DNA of 63,682 nt, filler included, from 3 parts of 3 records of this genome joined end to end with filler, not necessarily neighbours in it; one strand, 5' to 3'; shown: positions 28,242 to 38,365, counted from the whole stretch's first letter. Translations and numbers: made by a program. Notes: a model not told the origin generated them from the letters alone.

Positions 28242-29052
28242 CTTCCGCCATCTCGACCGCCAGAGCTGGGGGCGCCTGGACGGCGACCGGGTGGTGGACC
28301 TTGGTGCTCATGCGCCCGATCTCAAGTCAGCCATTGCCGATGGTCTTCTGTCGGCAGGGGCGGACGGGCCGCGCCTCAAGAGGACCAATGTGCACCTCTT
28401 GCCGGTCATTCCAAACCCCGGGAAGATCCTCTGCGTCGGCCACAATTACGAGGAGCACCGGGTCGAGACCGGACGCGACCGGACTGACCATCCCTCGATC
28501 TTCACGCGCTTTGCCGACACATTGGTGGGCGCCGACGATCCAATCGTCCGCCCAGCCGTCTCAACCGATCTCGACTACGAGGCGGAGCTTGCCGTGGTGA
28601 TCGGCAAGCCCGGTCGCCACATCGCAGCCGAAAGCGCCATGGAACACGCCGCTGGCTTTTCGTGCTTCAACGACGCTTCTCTGCGCGACTGGCAATGGCA
28701 CACGCGCCAGTTCATCCCCGGCAAGAATTTTCCCGCCACCGGTGCTTTTGGCCCGGCCTTGGTGACTCCGGACGAGGTTGGTGACCTCGATTCCGTGCTG
28801 GTCGAGTCCTATCTCAATGGCACGCGCATGCAGGGGGCAACGCTTGACCACATGCTGTTCCCCATTCCGGCGATCATCGCCTATGTCTCGGCCTTCACCC
28901 CTCTCAGACCCGGCGACGTCATTGCCACAGGGACGCCCGGTGGCGTCGGCGCCAAGCGCAACCCGCCGGTCTGGATGAAGCCGGGCGACCAGATCGAGGT
29001 GCGCGTTTCCGGCGTCGGCAGCCTCGTCAACCGCATCGCGGCCGAGGCCTGA
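28228..29052 (+). CDS. Fumarylacetoacetate hydrolase family protein
   Basis: KILCVGHNY..H, LDYEAELAVVIG, FND.S.RDWQ, GKNF, PGDVIATGTPGGVG. Confidence 0.94.
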   Translation: MRFVSFRHLDRQSWGRLDGDRVVDLGAHAPDLKSAIADGLLSAGADGPRLKRTNVHLLPVIPNPGKILCVGHNYEEHRVETGRDRTDHPSIFTRFADTLVGADDPIVRPAVSTDLDYEAELAVVIGKPGRHIAAESAMEHAAGFSCFNDASLRDWQWHTRQFIPGKNFPATGAFGPALVTPDEVGDLDSVLVESYLNGTRMQGATLDHMLFPIPAIIAYVSAFTPLRPGDVIATGTPGGVGAKRNPPVWMKPGDQIEVRVSGVGSLVNRIAAEA

Positions 29053-29053
29053 C

Positions 29054-29974
29054 ATGAGCCAGGCGCCGCGCTTCCCCATTTGCGACCTCGCCAACGTGCA
29101 TCTGCTGGTCCCTGACCTCGACAAAGCCGTTCAATTCTACACTGCGGTGTGGGGGCTCATCGAGGCAGGCCGTCTTGATGGCGTCGTCTACCTGCGCGGG
29201 TCGGGGTCCGATCCCTATCTGGTCGCGCTGCACGCGGGTGACCGCGCGGCCGTCGTCAGTGTCGGCTTGCGCGCTGACCCACTCACTGACCTCGCGGCCC
29301 TGCGTGATCGCGTGAAAGCCGCGGGCGCGGATGTCGAGCCGATCGCGCCGGTCAGCGAATTCGGTGGCGGTCAGGGCTTTGCCTATCGTGACCGGGGCAA
29401 CCGACGCGTCACCATCGTACAGGGCGATGACCTGCTGGCGCCCCTCGACGCCCCACTGACACCGCGGCGGCTGGCTCACGTCAATATCAATACGGCCGAT
29501 GTCGAGACCGAACTGGGCTTCTATCAGAAAGCGCTAGGATTTGAGATCACCGACCGCACCAACATAATGAGCTTCGTGCGAACCAATGAAGATCACCATA
29601 TCCTGGTCCTGGCGACGGACACGATCGATACGCTCAACCATATTGCCTTTCTGCAGGACGATCTCGAGTCCGTCATGCTGGCATCCGGGCGCATGGTCGA
29701 TGCCGGTTACCCCGTTGCATGGGGGCCTGGCCGCCATGGTCCTGGCGACAATGTCTTCAACTATTTCATCGATCCGTTCGGCTTCGTCATCGAGCACACC
29801 GCCGAGATCCTGAAGGTCGACGACAGCTACAAGGTCGGCGGACCTGCCGATTGGGTGTGGCCACCCGGACGGACCGATCACTGGGGCGTTGGCCACATCA
29901 AGGGCGAAGACTGCAAGAAGGCCCAAAGGGCCATACCATTCAGCCAGGAAATATCTGCGAGGAATAATACATGA
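29054..29974 (+). CDS. VOC-family extradiol-type dioxygenase (FdeC-like)
   Basis: Two VOC domains; AHVNIN, DHHIL, LNHIAF, WGPGRHGPGDNVFNYFIDPFGFVIEH. Confidence 0.87.
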   Translation: MSQAPRFPICDLANVHLLVPDLDKAVQFYTAVWGLIEAGRLDGVVYLRGSGSDPYLVALHAGDRAAVVSVGLRADPLTDLAALRDRVKAAGADVEPIAPVSEFGGGQGFAYRDRGNRRVTIVQGDDLLAPLDAPLTPRRLAHVNINTADVETELGFYQKALGFEITDRTNIMSFVRTNEDHHILVLATDTIDTLNHIAFLQDDLESVMLASGRMVDAGYPVAWGPGRHGPGDNVFNYFIDPFGFVIEHTAEILKVDDSYKVGGPADWVWPPGRTDHWGVGHIKGEDCKKAQRAIPFSQEISARNNT

Positions 29975-30969
29975 GTAATTCGGCTATTCTGGATGCTCCG
30001 GCGGGCACCACTACGCCCTATGTCATCAAAGCCGGGCAGGGGCGCTCGGTCGTTGTCGCGGGCCAGGTGGTCCGCATCCTGGCCGGAGTTGGAGAGACCG
30101 CATCAGGCTATGGCGCAGTCATGCTGGAATCGAGCATCGACAAGCGGCCGATCCCCATGCATTTCCATGAAAAGGAACATGATACCTGGCTGTGTACCCG
30201 CGGCCGGCTGCAGATCTGGGCCAATGATCAGTGTCGGGTGCTGACCGAAGGCGACTTTGCCTATGTGCGGCCCGGCGACGTTCACTCCTATCAGTGTGTT
30301 GCCCCCCGCACGCAGTTCTTCGGTATCGTGGCGCCCGGAGGCTGGGAAGGTTTCTTCGACGATGCTGGCGAGGCCTGGGCCGCGGCTGCCTTGCCGGAGC
30401 CGACCCATCCCTATGACTTCAGCCGCATGGGGCCGGCGATGGGCAAGCATGGCGTGAACAGGGTCGAAAAGGACTATTGTCTACCCTCAAATGGAGACGA
30501 AACGGACCGTGCATTACCGGCAGGACCGGCCTCCTATGTCTTGCAGTCGGGTTATGGCGCACGTCACCGGCTCAATGGTCACCTCGCAACCACGTTGCTC
30601 GACATAACCATTACCAGCGGCGCATTGGAAATGCGGACCATCGAGGCCGGTCGAGGTGCCGCAATGCCGACTTTGCGGCATGAACAGACGCATGTGACGC
30701 TCTTTGTTCTCAACGGTAGCTTTCGACTGTCGCTCGGCTCAGAAACGCACACTTTGCATGACGGCGACTTTGCCAATATCCCTGCAGGGACCGCCTATGC
30801 CACCGAAGTGGTCAGCGGTCATGCCCGTTGGGTCCTGTCCAGCGCGAACGGCAACGGCCTGCAATATTGGTGCGCTGCCGGTGAACCAACGGAAAGCTAC
30901 TCCTTCACTGAACAAGTTTCCAGGTCGCTCGAAGCCGATTTGTCAGGAGTTGATGCAAAGCTTACCTAG
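29971..30969 (+). CDS. Quercetin 2,3-dioxygenase-like bicupin (QdoI/YxaG type)
   Basis: PYVIKAGQG..PMHFHEKEHD..GDFAYVRPGDVHSY..PGGWEGFF, second cupin SYVLQSGYG..GDFANIPAGT; layout parallels B. subtilis QdoI. Confidence 0.82.
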   Translation: MSNSAILDAPAGTTTPYVIKAGQGRSVVVAGQVVRILAGVGETASGYGAVMLESSIDKRPIPMHFHEKEHDTWLCTRGRLQIWANDQCRVLTEGDFAYVRPGDVHSYQCVAPRTQFFGIVAPGGWEGFFDDAGEAWAAAALPEPTHPYDFSRMGPAMGKHGVNRVEKDYCLPSNGDETDRALPAGPASYVLQSGYGARHRLNGHLATTLLDITITSGALEMRTIEAGRGAAMPTLRHEQTHVTLFVLNGSFRLSLGSETHTLHDGDFANIPAGTAYATEVVSGHARWVLSSANGNGLQYWCAAGEPTESYSFTEQVSRSLEADLSGVDAKLT

Positions 30970-31063
30970 CGTCGGAACGCCCGTTACTCTCGTGCCGAAA
31001 TTTTGCTTGCTGGAGATGGTGTGGCGGGCATCAGTCGGGTTGACCGCACTGCAGGTGCAATGC

Positions 31064-31163
31064 NNNNNNNNNNNNNNNNNNNNNNNNNNNNNNNNNNNNN
31101 NNNNNNNTTAATTAATTAANNNNNNNNNNNNNNNNNNNNNNNNNNNNNNNNNNNNNNNNNNNN
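31064..31163. other. Artificial contig linker (N44-TTAATTAATTAA-N44)
   Basis: Six-frame stop spacer inside an N run; base composition changes across it. Confidence 0.98.
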
Positions 31164-32021
31164 GATCATCACGCTTTCTTTGGTGCTGTCACGTAGAACC
31201 ACCCAAAGGGCGCGCGGATGCCAAAGCTTATAGATCACCATGGCGATCACAAGGCACAGCAAGGCCCCAACAGCCGCTGTTTCTGAAGGCGTCGCGATCC
31301 CACCATACATGGCATAAAGCACACCGAAAATGATGAACAGAAACGGCAAAACCCGTGGCAGAATTTCGAACCGTTGTTTCCAGGTATAGCTACCCGAGCT
31401 AAGGCGGTCCGCGTCACCCGATTTCCAGGTTGCGTACAGTGACCAGACCATGAACAGGCCCACCAGCAACAGGCCGGGGATGACCCCTGCCAAAAACAAG
31501 CGTCCAATTGATGTTTCAGTGGCAATACCATAGACGATCATCGTAACAGACGGAGGGATCAGAATGCCCAACGTGCCACCAGCGGCAATTGAGCCCGCCG
31601 CAACACCGTCCGGGTAACCACGCTTGCGCATTTCCGGAATGCCCATTTTGCCGATCGCCGCACACGTTGCTGGGGAAGATCCTGACATTGCCGCGAAAAG
31701 CGCACAGGCACCAAGGTTGGAAACGACCAAGCCGCCGGGCACACGGGTCAGCCAACGCTCAAGCGCTTCGTACAAATCGGCTCCGGCCCGCGTCGACGCG
31801 ATAGAAGAGCCCATTATGATAAACATCGGAATAGACAAAAGCGCAAAGTTGTCCAGCTTACCGAACAGGATTTCCGGCATAAGCTCTAGCGAGCGCATGC
31901 CGTCGAAAATGACCAGGAAGCCAGCTGAAACGATCAGCAACCCAATCGCGACTGAAACGCCTGAAAACAAAACCAAGATGGTGGAGAGGGCCACAAGCCC
32001 TCCGAGAAGAAGCGGGTCCAT
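31164..32021 (-). CDS. dctM: TRAP transporter large permease, 3' end cut by the contig edge
   Basis: LLSIPMFIIMG, AMSGSSPAT, GGTLGILIPPS, GIATPSETAA. Confidence 0.92.
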
Positions 32022-32024
32022 GTG

Positions 32025-32570
32025 TTAGTTTTCCAGTCCAAAAGGTTTGTCGATACCAAGCAGCACTGCAACAAGGTCAGCGATCAGTTGGAGAAGCAGC
32101 AAGCCAATACCCACAGGAATTGACAGATACGGGATCCAGAGGCGGACGCCCCAAACGGTATCCGACCGCCAGCCCCGCTCCATGGCGAAATGCCAGAAAT
32201 CATACCCGTACCAGAACATGATCGCCATGATCCCAATGGACAGGACCGATGTGAGCATAAAAAGGTAATACCTTGCCCGCGGTGCAAGAGAGAGCGGGAT
32301 CAGGTCGACGTTCACATGCCCCCGCAACCGCTGGACATAGGGCAACCCGACGAGCGTTGCCGAGATAACGAGATAAATCACAGCCTCTGTCTGCCAAATC
32401 GTCGATCCATTGAACACAAAACGGATCACAATCATTTGACAGGTAATCGCAACGGCTGCGACAATCATGGCGGCAGAACACCAGCCTGCCAAGGTGGACA
32501 AGACGGCAACAATTCTCAGAAATAGATTGTCACCGACACGCGCGATGCCTGCAGAGCTTTGGCCTGCCAT
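32025..32570 (-). CDS. dctQ: TRAP transporter small permease
   Basis: 4 TM helices, GHVNVDL motif. Confidence 0.9.
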   Translation of the reverse strand: MAGQSSAGIARVGDNLFLRIVAVLSTLAGWCSAAMIVAAVAITCQMIVIRFVFNGSTIWQTEAVIYLVISATLVGLPYVQRLRGHVNVDLIPLSLAPRARYYLFMLTSVLSIGIMAIMFWYGYDFWHFAMERGWRSDTVWGVRLWIPYLSIPVGIGLLLLQLIADLVAVLLGIDKPFGLEN

Positions 32571-32635
32571 AATCGCCTCACTTTCCGAATTCTTAAATTA
32601 AACATTGGGGCGGCATGACACCGCCCCGACTAAGA

Positions 32636-33622
32636 TCATTCGACCGCAAGCGCCAAATCGAGCAATTCCTGTCCATCGGGAACATCCGAAACAAAGCTCT
32701 TATAGGATGTGTCCTGAGCAATCGCGCGCCATGCCTCGAAGTCGGCACTCGACATTTCCGCGATTTCAACACCAGCGTTACGGAACGCATCTGCCGAAGC
32801 CGCATCCTGCTTTTTGGCTTCTGTAAGGTAGTAAGCTTGCGCTTCTGCTGCCGAAGCCAACAAGGCCGCCTGCTGGTCTGCGTTCAAATCATCAAATGTC
32901 GATTTGTTCATCAGCATTGGCTGATACATAAACCAAAGTGCGACATCACCCGCCGGCGTATAGCAGCTTACCTGTTCATAGATCCGGTAGGACACAAAGG
33001 AAGAAGAGGATGTGTTCGCCGCGCTCAGAACACCTGTCTGCATGGCGTTATAAATCTCTGACGACGCCATGGAAGCGATAGACGCTCCTGCCCCGGCCAG
33101 CATCTGTTCAAATGCTTTCCCGGCAGCGCGTGTTTGCAAGCCCTTCACGTCATCGGGGGATGTGATGCACTTGTCTTTCCCGGCAAAGCCACCGGCAAGG
33201 TAACCGTGTACAAGAACCATGACGTCATCATCCGCCATCTTCTCTTCCAGAGCGTCCATAAACGGAGAGTCGCTCAGACGGGCGGCGTGATCATGGTTTT
33301 TGACCAAACCGGGCATTAACGTCAGGTTATATGCTGGTTGCTGTCCACCCGCGTAGCTCAGCGGCAGGACGGTCATGTCCAACTGACCCCGGCTGAGGGG
33401 CTTATACTGCTCACGCGCCTTGAACAGGGATTGTGAGCCGAAAATCTTGATTTCAAGATCAACATCGGCTGCGGCAACGCCGTCGGCAACGATCTGGGCC
33501 ACTTGGTGGCGAATGTCTTTGCTTGACCACTGGTGCGACAACCGCAACTCAGCCGCGTTCACAAGGCTACCGGCAGATGCCAGTGCGAGCGCCGCGACGG
33601 CCGTTTTGAAAATTCGTTTCAT
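32636..33622 (-). CDS. dctP: TRAP transporter substrate-binding protein
   Basis: Signal peptide, DVKGLQTRA with the conserved Arg, EIYNAMQTGVL. Confidence 0.92.
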   Translation of the reverse strand: MKRIFKTAVAALALASAGSLVNAAELRLSHQWSSKDIRHQVAQIVADGVAAADVDLEIKIFGSQSLFKAREQYKPLSRGQLDMTVLPLSYAGGQQPAYNLTLMPGLVKNHDHAARLSDSPFMDALEEKMADDDVMVLVHGYLAGGFAGKDKCITSPDDVKGLQTRAAGKAFEQMLAGAGASIASMASSEIYNAMQTGVLSAANTSSSSFVSYRIYEQVSCYTPAGDVALWFMYQPMLMNKSTFDDLNADQQAALLASAAEAQAYYLTEAKKQDAASADAFRNAGVEIAEMSSADFEAWRAIAQDTSYKSFVSDVPDGQELLDLALAVE

Positions 33623-33706
33623 GCTTTCCTCCCAAAAATACACTTACCCGGCGAAAATCGGGTATACGTCTCAGTACACGGCAATATGTTTTTCAAGTCA
33701 ATGCTT

Positions 33707-33716
33707 TTGTATACAA
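33707..33716. promoter_or_regulatory. GntR/FadR-type operator palindrome
   Basis: TTGTATACAA between divergent dctP and gntR. Confidence 0.7.
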
Positions 33717-33763
33717 GAATAGTATGGATTGAATTTGTCTCAGCGTCGGGGTAAAATGTTGTC

Positions 33764-34420
33764 ATGGAGATACGGCGCGCAGACACCATTGCAGAAGAGC
33801 TGGAAGAGCTCATTTTCGACGGCACCTATAGTGATGGCGACCGTCTGGATGAAGTACGCCTTGCGGAGCAATTTGGCGTTTCCCGAACCCCACTTCGTGA
33901 AGCTTTACAACGCCTTGCCAGATCCGGTCTGGTCGAGCTGATCCCACGTCGCGGGGCCTTTGTCCGCCAGCCTGGGCCGGTAGAACTGATCGAAATGTTC
34001 GAAGTTATGGCCGAGCTTGAAGCCATCTGTGGACGCCTTGCCGCGATCCGGATTTCTGACCAGGCTCTCACCCTTCTGCAGGACGCAAACGATAAATGCG
34101 AAGCTGCTGTGGCTCAGCATGATTCCGATTCCTATTACGTTGAGAACGAGCGGTTCCACAAAATTATCTATGAACAAAGCGGCAATAGCTTTCTCGCTTC
34201 GGAAGCGTCGAGCCTACACAGACGGCTGAAACCTTTTCGACGTCAGCAGCTGCGCCTTCGAGGACGTATGCGCCAATCAATGGCGGAACATAAAGCTGTT
34301 GTGGATGCTTTGGTCGCCGGAGATTCCGAAGCGGCGGGGCGCGCGTTACGCAGCCATGTCGCTGTTCAGGGCGAAAAATTCCATCATCTGATGTCCAGCT
34401 TAAAAAGCGCCGCCGAATAA
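33764..34420 (+). CDS. GntR family regulator (FCD domain)
   Basis: LAEQFGVSRTPLREAL, NERFH, SMAEHKAVVDAL. Confidence 0.94.
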   Translation: MEIRRADTIAEELEELIFDGTYSDGDRLDEVRLAEQFGVSRTPLREALQRLARSGLVELIPRRGAFVRQPGPVELIEMFEVMAELEAICGRLAAIRISDQALTLLQDANDKCEAAVAQHDSDSYYVENERFHKIIYEQSGNSFLASEASSLHRRLKPFRRQQLRLRGRMRQSMAEHKAVVDALVAGDSEAAGRALRSHVAVQGEKFHHLMSSLKSAAE

Positions 34421-34500
34421 GAACAGTCCAAACGTCGTTACGCCCGACGCGTAGAAAAGCGAAAGCGCCGCTCTGACAAGCGACGCTTTCCAAGTTTTAC

Positions 34501-35487
34501 TTAGACTTTTACAGGTTTTCCGGAAGCCAAAGATTCCGAGGCTGCGTCCGCCAAAATCTGCGCCCGCAAACCATCAACAATACTGGGTTTAGGCGTTTCA
34601 CCACGCTTAACAGCATCGACGAAATGTGCGACCTCTGAAAGATAGGCAGCTTCGTAACGCTCCAGAAAGAAGTTCTGTGTCGGAGCACGTTTAAAACCGG
34701 CCTCTGTGGCCACCTCAACGTTGTTTTCCAGAACATTCTCAGCGCGCAACAAGCCTTTTGAGCCATGGACTTCGACGCGTTGATCATACCCATAGCTTGC
34801 ACGACGTGAGTTTGAGATCTGACAGATCTTACCACTGGCCGTTGTGAGCGTAACTGCAGCAGTATCCACGTCGCCGGCCTCTCCGATTGCCGGATCAACC
34901 AGCGCCGCCCCGACAGCAAAGACCTGAATAGGCTCTTCACCCAGCAGGAACCGGGCCATATCGAAATCGTGAATCATCATGTCCCGGAAAATTCCGCCCG
35001 AGCTTTTGATGTAGCTAACGGGCGGTGCCCCCGGATCACGCGACAAGATCGTCACGATTTCCACATCACCAATTTCCCCGGCAGAAATACGAGATTGGAT
35101 ATTGGCAAAGTTCGGATCAAAGCGACGGTTAAATGCCGTCAAAAAGGCCACACCGTTTTCCTCAACAACCTTAATGCAATCGCGAATACGATCTGCCGAC
35201 ATATCAACAGGTTTCTCGCAAAAGATCGCCTTGCCCGCCTTGGCGGCAGAGTGGATCAGATCGTAATGCGTGTCCGTTGGCGTACAGATGATAATCGCAT
35301 CAACATCATCCGCGCTTAGAATGGCGTCGACATCGCGCACTTCCGCGCCCGTTTTTTCCGCCAGCGCCTGAGCCGATTTTGGAAAGGCATCCGCCACAGC
35401 AACAAGCTGTGCCGTTTCTAGCCTCATGAGAGAGCCCGCATGGACCTGTCCGATCCGGCCACAGCCCAACAAACCAATTCTTAGCAT
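34501..35487 (-). CDS. iolG: myo-inositol 2-dehydrogenase
   Basis: GCGRIG, IFCEKP, NRRFDP, SRDP, SGGIFRDMMIHDFD, YGYDQRVEV, FFLERY. Confidence 0.93.
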   Translation of the reverse strand: MLRIGLLGCGRIGQVHAGSLMRLETAQLVAVADAFPKSAQALAEKTGAEVRDVDAILSADDVDAIIICTPTDTHYDLIHSAAKAGKAIFCEKPVDMSADRIRDCIKVVEENGVAFLTAFNRRFDPNFANIQSRISAGEIGDVEIVTILSRDPGAPPVSYIKSSGGIFRDMMIHDFDMARFLLGEEPIQVFAVGAALVDPAIGEAGDVDTAAVTLTTASGKICQISNSRRASYGYDQRVEVHGSKGLLRAENVLENNVEVATEAGFKRAPTQNFFLERYEAAYLSEVAHFVDAVKRGETPKPSIVDGLRAQILADAASESLASGKPVKV

Positions 35488-35491
35488 TCGC

Positions 35492-36331
35492 TTATCCTTT
35501 TTGACCGTGTCCGAAGGCCTGCAATACGTTGCGTGCGGCAGCGACCAGCGGGTCGTGGGTCTCTTTTAGTATTGTAACGCGATCAAAACGGGAGGGATCA
35601 CGGTTCACGGCTTCTCGCATGGCCTGGCCAAACGCCATACGCAGTTCTGTACCTATATTGAATTTGCAAACCTTTGACCCGGTCGACAATGCTGTACGCT
35701 GCGCCACAGGCACACCAGACCCGCCATGAATGACCAACGGAACTGTTGTCAGCGCTTCGATCGCACGAATGCGCTCAACGTCCAAACCGCCTTCTTTGTC
35801 TTGTTGAAGGTGGACGTTGCCCACTGATATCGCCATTGCGTCAACGCCGGAGTCTTGCGCAAACTTGGCCGCTTCGTCGGGGTCTGTGCCAGCAGAATTT
35901 TCACCCTGCGCATAGCCAACGAAACCAATCTCTCCCTCACAGGAAATCCCGGCAGCATGCGCCATTTCTGCAATTTGCGCAGTCTCATCAATGTTCTGGG
36001 TCAACGGCTTACGTGATCCATCGAACATCAATGACGTAAAGCCGCTGTCCAGCGCTTCCTTGCATTCATCAAACGTATAGCCATGATCTAAATGCGCGAC
36101 GACAGGCACACTGGCGTTTTCGGCCAGGTGGCGGAACATTTTTCCCAGAATTGGCAGGGGTGTATGCGCACGGCACGATGGCCCGGCTTGAAGGATCACC
36201 GGGCAGCCTTCTGCTTCGGCGGCGGCCACATAGGCGCGCATATCTTCCCAGCCAAGCGTGACCAGCCCGGCAACCGCATAGCGGTTTTTTAGGGCTGGCT
36301 GTAGAACCTCTGAAAGAGTGGCAAGGGTCAT
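35492..36331 (-). CDS. Class II aldolase, probable 6-phospho-5-dehydro-2-deoxy-D-gluconate aldolase (IolJ role)
   Basis: HLDHG, GFTSLMFDGS, ISVGNVH, LVIHGGSG, KFNIGTE; lies inside the iol operon. Confidence 0.85.
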   Translation of the reverse strand: MTLATLSEVLQPALKNRYAVAGLVTLGWEDMRAYVAAAEAEGCPVILQAGPSCRAHTPLPILGKMFRHLAENASVPVVAHLDHGYTFDECKEALDSGFTSLMFDGSRKPLTQNIDETAQIAEMAHAAGISCEGEIGFVGYAQGENSAGTDPDEAAKFAQDSGVDAMAISVGNVHLQQDKEGGLDVERIRAIEALTTVPLVIHGGSGVPVAQRTALSTGSKVCKFNIGTELRMAFGQAMREAVNRDPSRFDRVTILKETHDPLVAAARNVLQAFGHGQKG

Positions 36332-37182
36332 TTAAATTTAGCAACCATGTCTTTGATCCCAGGGATCGTTTCAATTTGATACGCATGTGTTGGTTGGAAG
36401 TACTGGACCAAGCTGCGCTGGCTGAGACCACCAAGGATGGTAAAGTAATACATCTCGTAACCCGGCATCACGGCACAGGGGTGATATCCGCTGCCCAGCA
36501 GAATGGTTGACCCATCCATCAGCTGGAAGGCATCACCGGGTTTGCCTTCTTCGTGTTGGATGATTTGAACACCCGCGCCGTGGTTCGGACGGAACCGGAA
36601 GTTATAGGTTTCGTCATGGCGAGTCTCAATAATATTGCCATCTGCGTCTTTGCGATCGGTGTCATGCTTGTGCGCCGGGAACCCGGACCAACCGCCCTGA
36701 CCAACAGTGAACAATTCGCTGACAAGCAGACGGCCAACTTGGCCATGATGCTTTTGACCCAGGATGTGCTTGATTTTGCGGTGTGTTTTCGTGTCGTCAG
36801 ACCCGTATTGAACTTTATCAAGCTCAGCGACACGCACATCAAAGGGATCAAGAACCTTGTCGTATTTAGCACCGGCAATGAAAGTTTCCGTGTCCTTGGT
36901 GCAGACCATGGTCACTTTGGCCCCAACAGGCACGTAAACGCCTTCTGGCTCACCGTCCCAAACATCGATCGTCCGGTTCCCCAAGGCTTTGTATTCAACC
37001 CCTTCGACCGACACGTCTACGGTTCCGGTCGCCGGAACAATACAGGTTTCATAGCCCGGAACTTGATATTCAAAGGCCTCGCCCGCTTTCAACTTAACGA
37101 TATTCAAGTAGTTGAGCGGCACCGTGGGATCATCCACATCAACGATGGCTTTGTTCTTGTTGTCGTGAGGCGCAATATGCAT
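36328..37182 (-). CDS. iolB: 5-deoxy-glucuronate isomerase
   Basis: LLVSE..WSGFPAHKHD, ETYNF, GYHP..PGYEMYY. Confidence 0.92.
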   Translation of the reverse strand: MHIAPHDNKNKAIVDVDDPTVPLNYLNIVKLKAGEAFEYQVPGYETCIVPATGTVDVSVEGVEYKALGNRTIDVWDGEPEGVYVPVGAKVTMVCTKDTETFIAGAKYDKVLDPFDVRVAELDKVQYGSDDTKTHRKIKHILGQKHHGQVGRLLVSELFTVGQGGWSGFPAHKHDTDRKDADGNIIETRHDETYNFRFRPNHGAGVQIIQHEEGKPGDAFQLMDGSTILLGSGYHPCAVMPGYEMYYFTILGGLSQRSLVQYFQPTHAYQIETIPGIKDMVAKFK

Positions 37183-37191
37183 TGGGATTCC

Positions 37192-38172
37192 TTAGGAAGC
37201 TTGGGTTGGGCCGGGATGATCGGCAAGGAAAGACTCGATGTCTTTTGGATAGGGCATGGCGGGCGCGCAGCCTGGTTTGGCCACAACGATCGCGGCACAG
37301 GCGGACCCGCGCAAAACGGCTGATTTCAAATCAAGACCATTCGCAAGGCCGGACATAAGTCCAGCCATAAAACTGTCACCAGCCCCGGTGGGTTTTAACG
37401 CAGTTACTGGGAAAATACCGGTACGAACTTCTTCGCCACTGGCAAATGTGATCGCGCCGTGTTCGCCCATCTTGTAGACGACGATACTTGCTGACGTGGC
37501 AGCAAGTTCACGGGCTTTGGCGAGACCTTTATCGATGCCTCCCGCCATAAAGCCGAATTCTTCGTCATTGCCAACGATGACATCCGAAAGAGATCCGGCT
37601 TTGGAAAGAACCTCTTCTGCGACCTGAGGGGACGGCCAGCTATAAGGGCGATAATCGACATCAAAGATAATCGGCAAACCTGCTTCACGCGCCAATTCGA
37701 ATGCCCGAAAGGCTGCAGAACGTGAAGGTTCCGCGGCAAATACTGTACCCGCGGTCACCAAAGCCCCAAATTTGCTATAGTCCACGGCTTCGACGTCCGC
37801 GACCGACATTTCAAAGTCAGCCGCACCGTTGCGATAGATCACCGACTGGTGGCCTTCGACCCGGCTTTCGTACAAGGCCAAGGAATTGCGGGCTTCGCCA
37901 CCAACGGCCTTAACGTAAGTGTCTTGCACACCGTATTGGCGCAGCTTGTTGACGCAAAACCGCCCCACGGCATCATCCGATACAGAGGTGACCAACGATG
38001 CCTGCCCTCCCAATTTGACAATACCTGCCGCAATATTTGCCGAAGAGCCGCCCATATCGGCAGTAAAACTGTCTGCCGTCTCAGTGGCTTCGCCGGGCGC
38101 CGGGAACATATCCATGCCCACACGTCCAACAATGACAAAGTTATTCTGCTTAATGCCTGCTAAAACATCCAT
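37192..38172 (-). CDS. iolC: 5-dehydro-2-deoxygluconokinase (PfkB family)
   Basis: GRVGMD, GGSSANIA, FDVDYRPYSW, GAGDSF. Confidence 0.9.
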   Translation of the reverse strand: MDVLAGIKQNNFVIVGRVGMDMFPAPGEATETADSFTADMGGSSANIAAGIVKLGGQASLVTSVSDDAVGRFCVNKLRQYGVQDTYVKAVGGEARNSLALYESRVEGHQSVIYRNGAADFEMSVADVEAVDYSKFGALVTAGTVFAAEPSRSAAFRAFELAREAGLPIIFDVDYRPYSWPSPQVAEEVLSKAGSLSDVIVGNDEEFGFMAGGIDKGLAKARELAATSASIVVYKMGEHGAITFASGEEVRTGIFPVTALKPTGAGDSFMAGLMSGLANGLDLKSAVLRGSACAAIVVAKPGCAPAMPYPKDIESFLADHPGPTQAS

Positions 38173-38365
38173 TACTTACGGCCTTCCATGTTTCCAGCCT
38201 TTGCCGCAACCAACACCGGTTGTCGTGGCATATCTATTCCTATCGATTGGTGAAACACCGTGAGAATCACAACAGAACTCTCAATGAAATGCGCGCAATC
38301 GAGCTTGCGCGCGATCGTTCTTGCAACGCTGTAGAGCGCCTCAGCCGTGGCCTCAAAAGACCGCA

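Noticed and set aside
31108-31119. TTAATTAATTAA palindrome (also at 55671-55682)
   Set aside because: Synthetic six-frame stop linker, not biological
38173-38365. Possible third LacI site or small ORF in the iolD-iolC gap
   Set aside because: Only partial matches (TTGCAACG, ACCGGTTG) and no convincing coding signal
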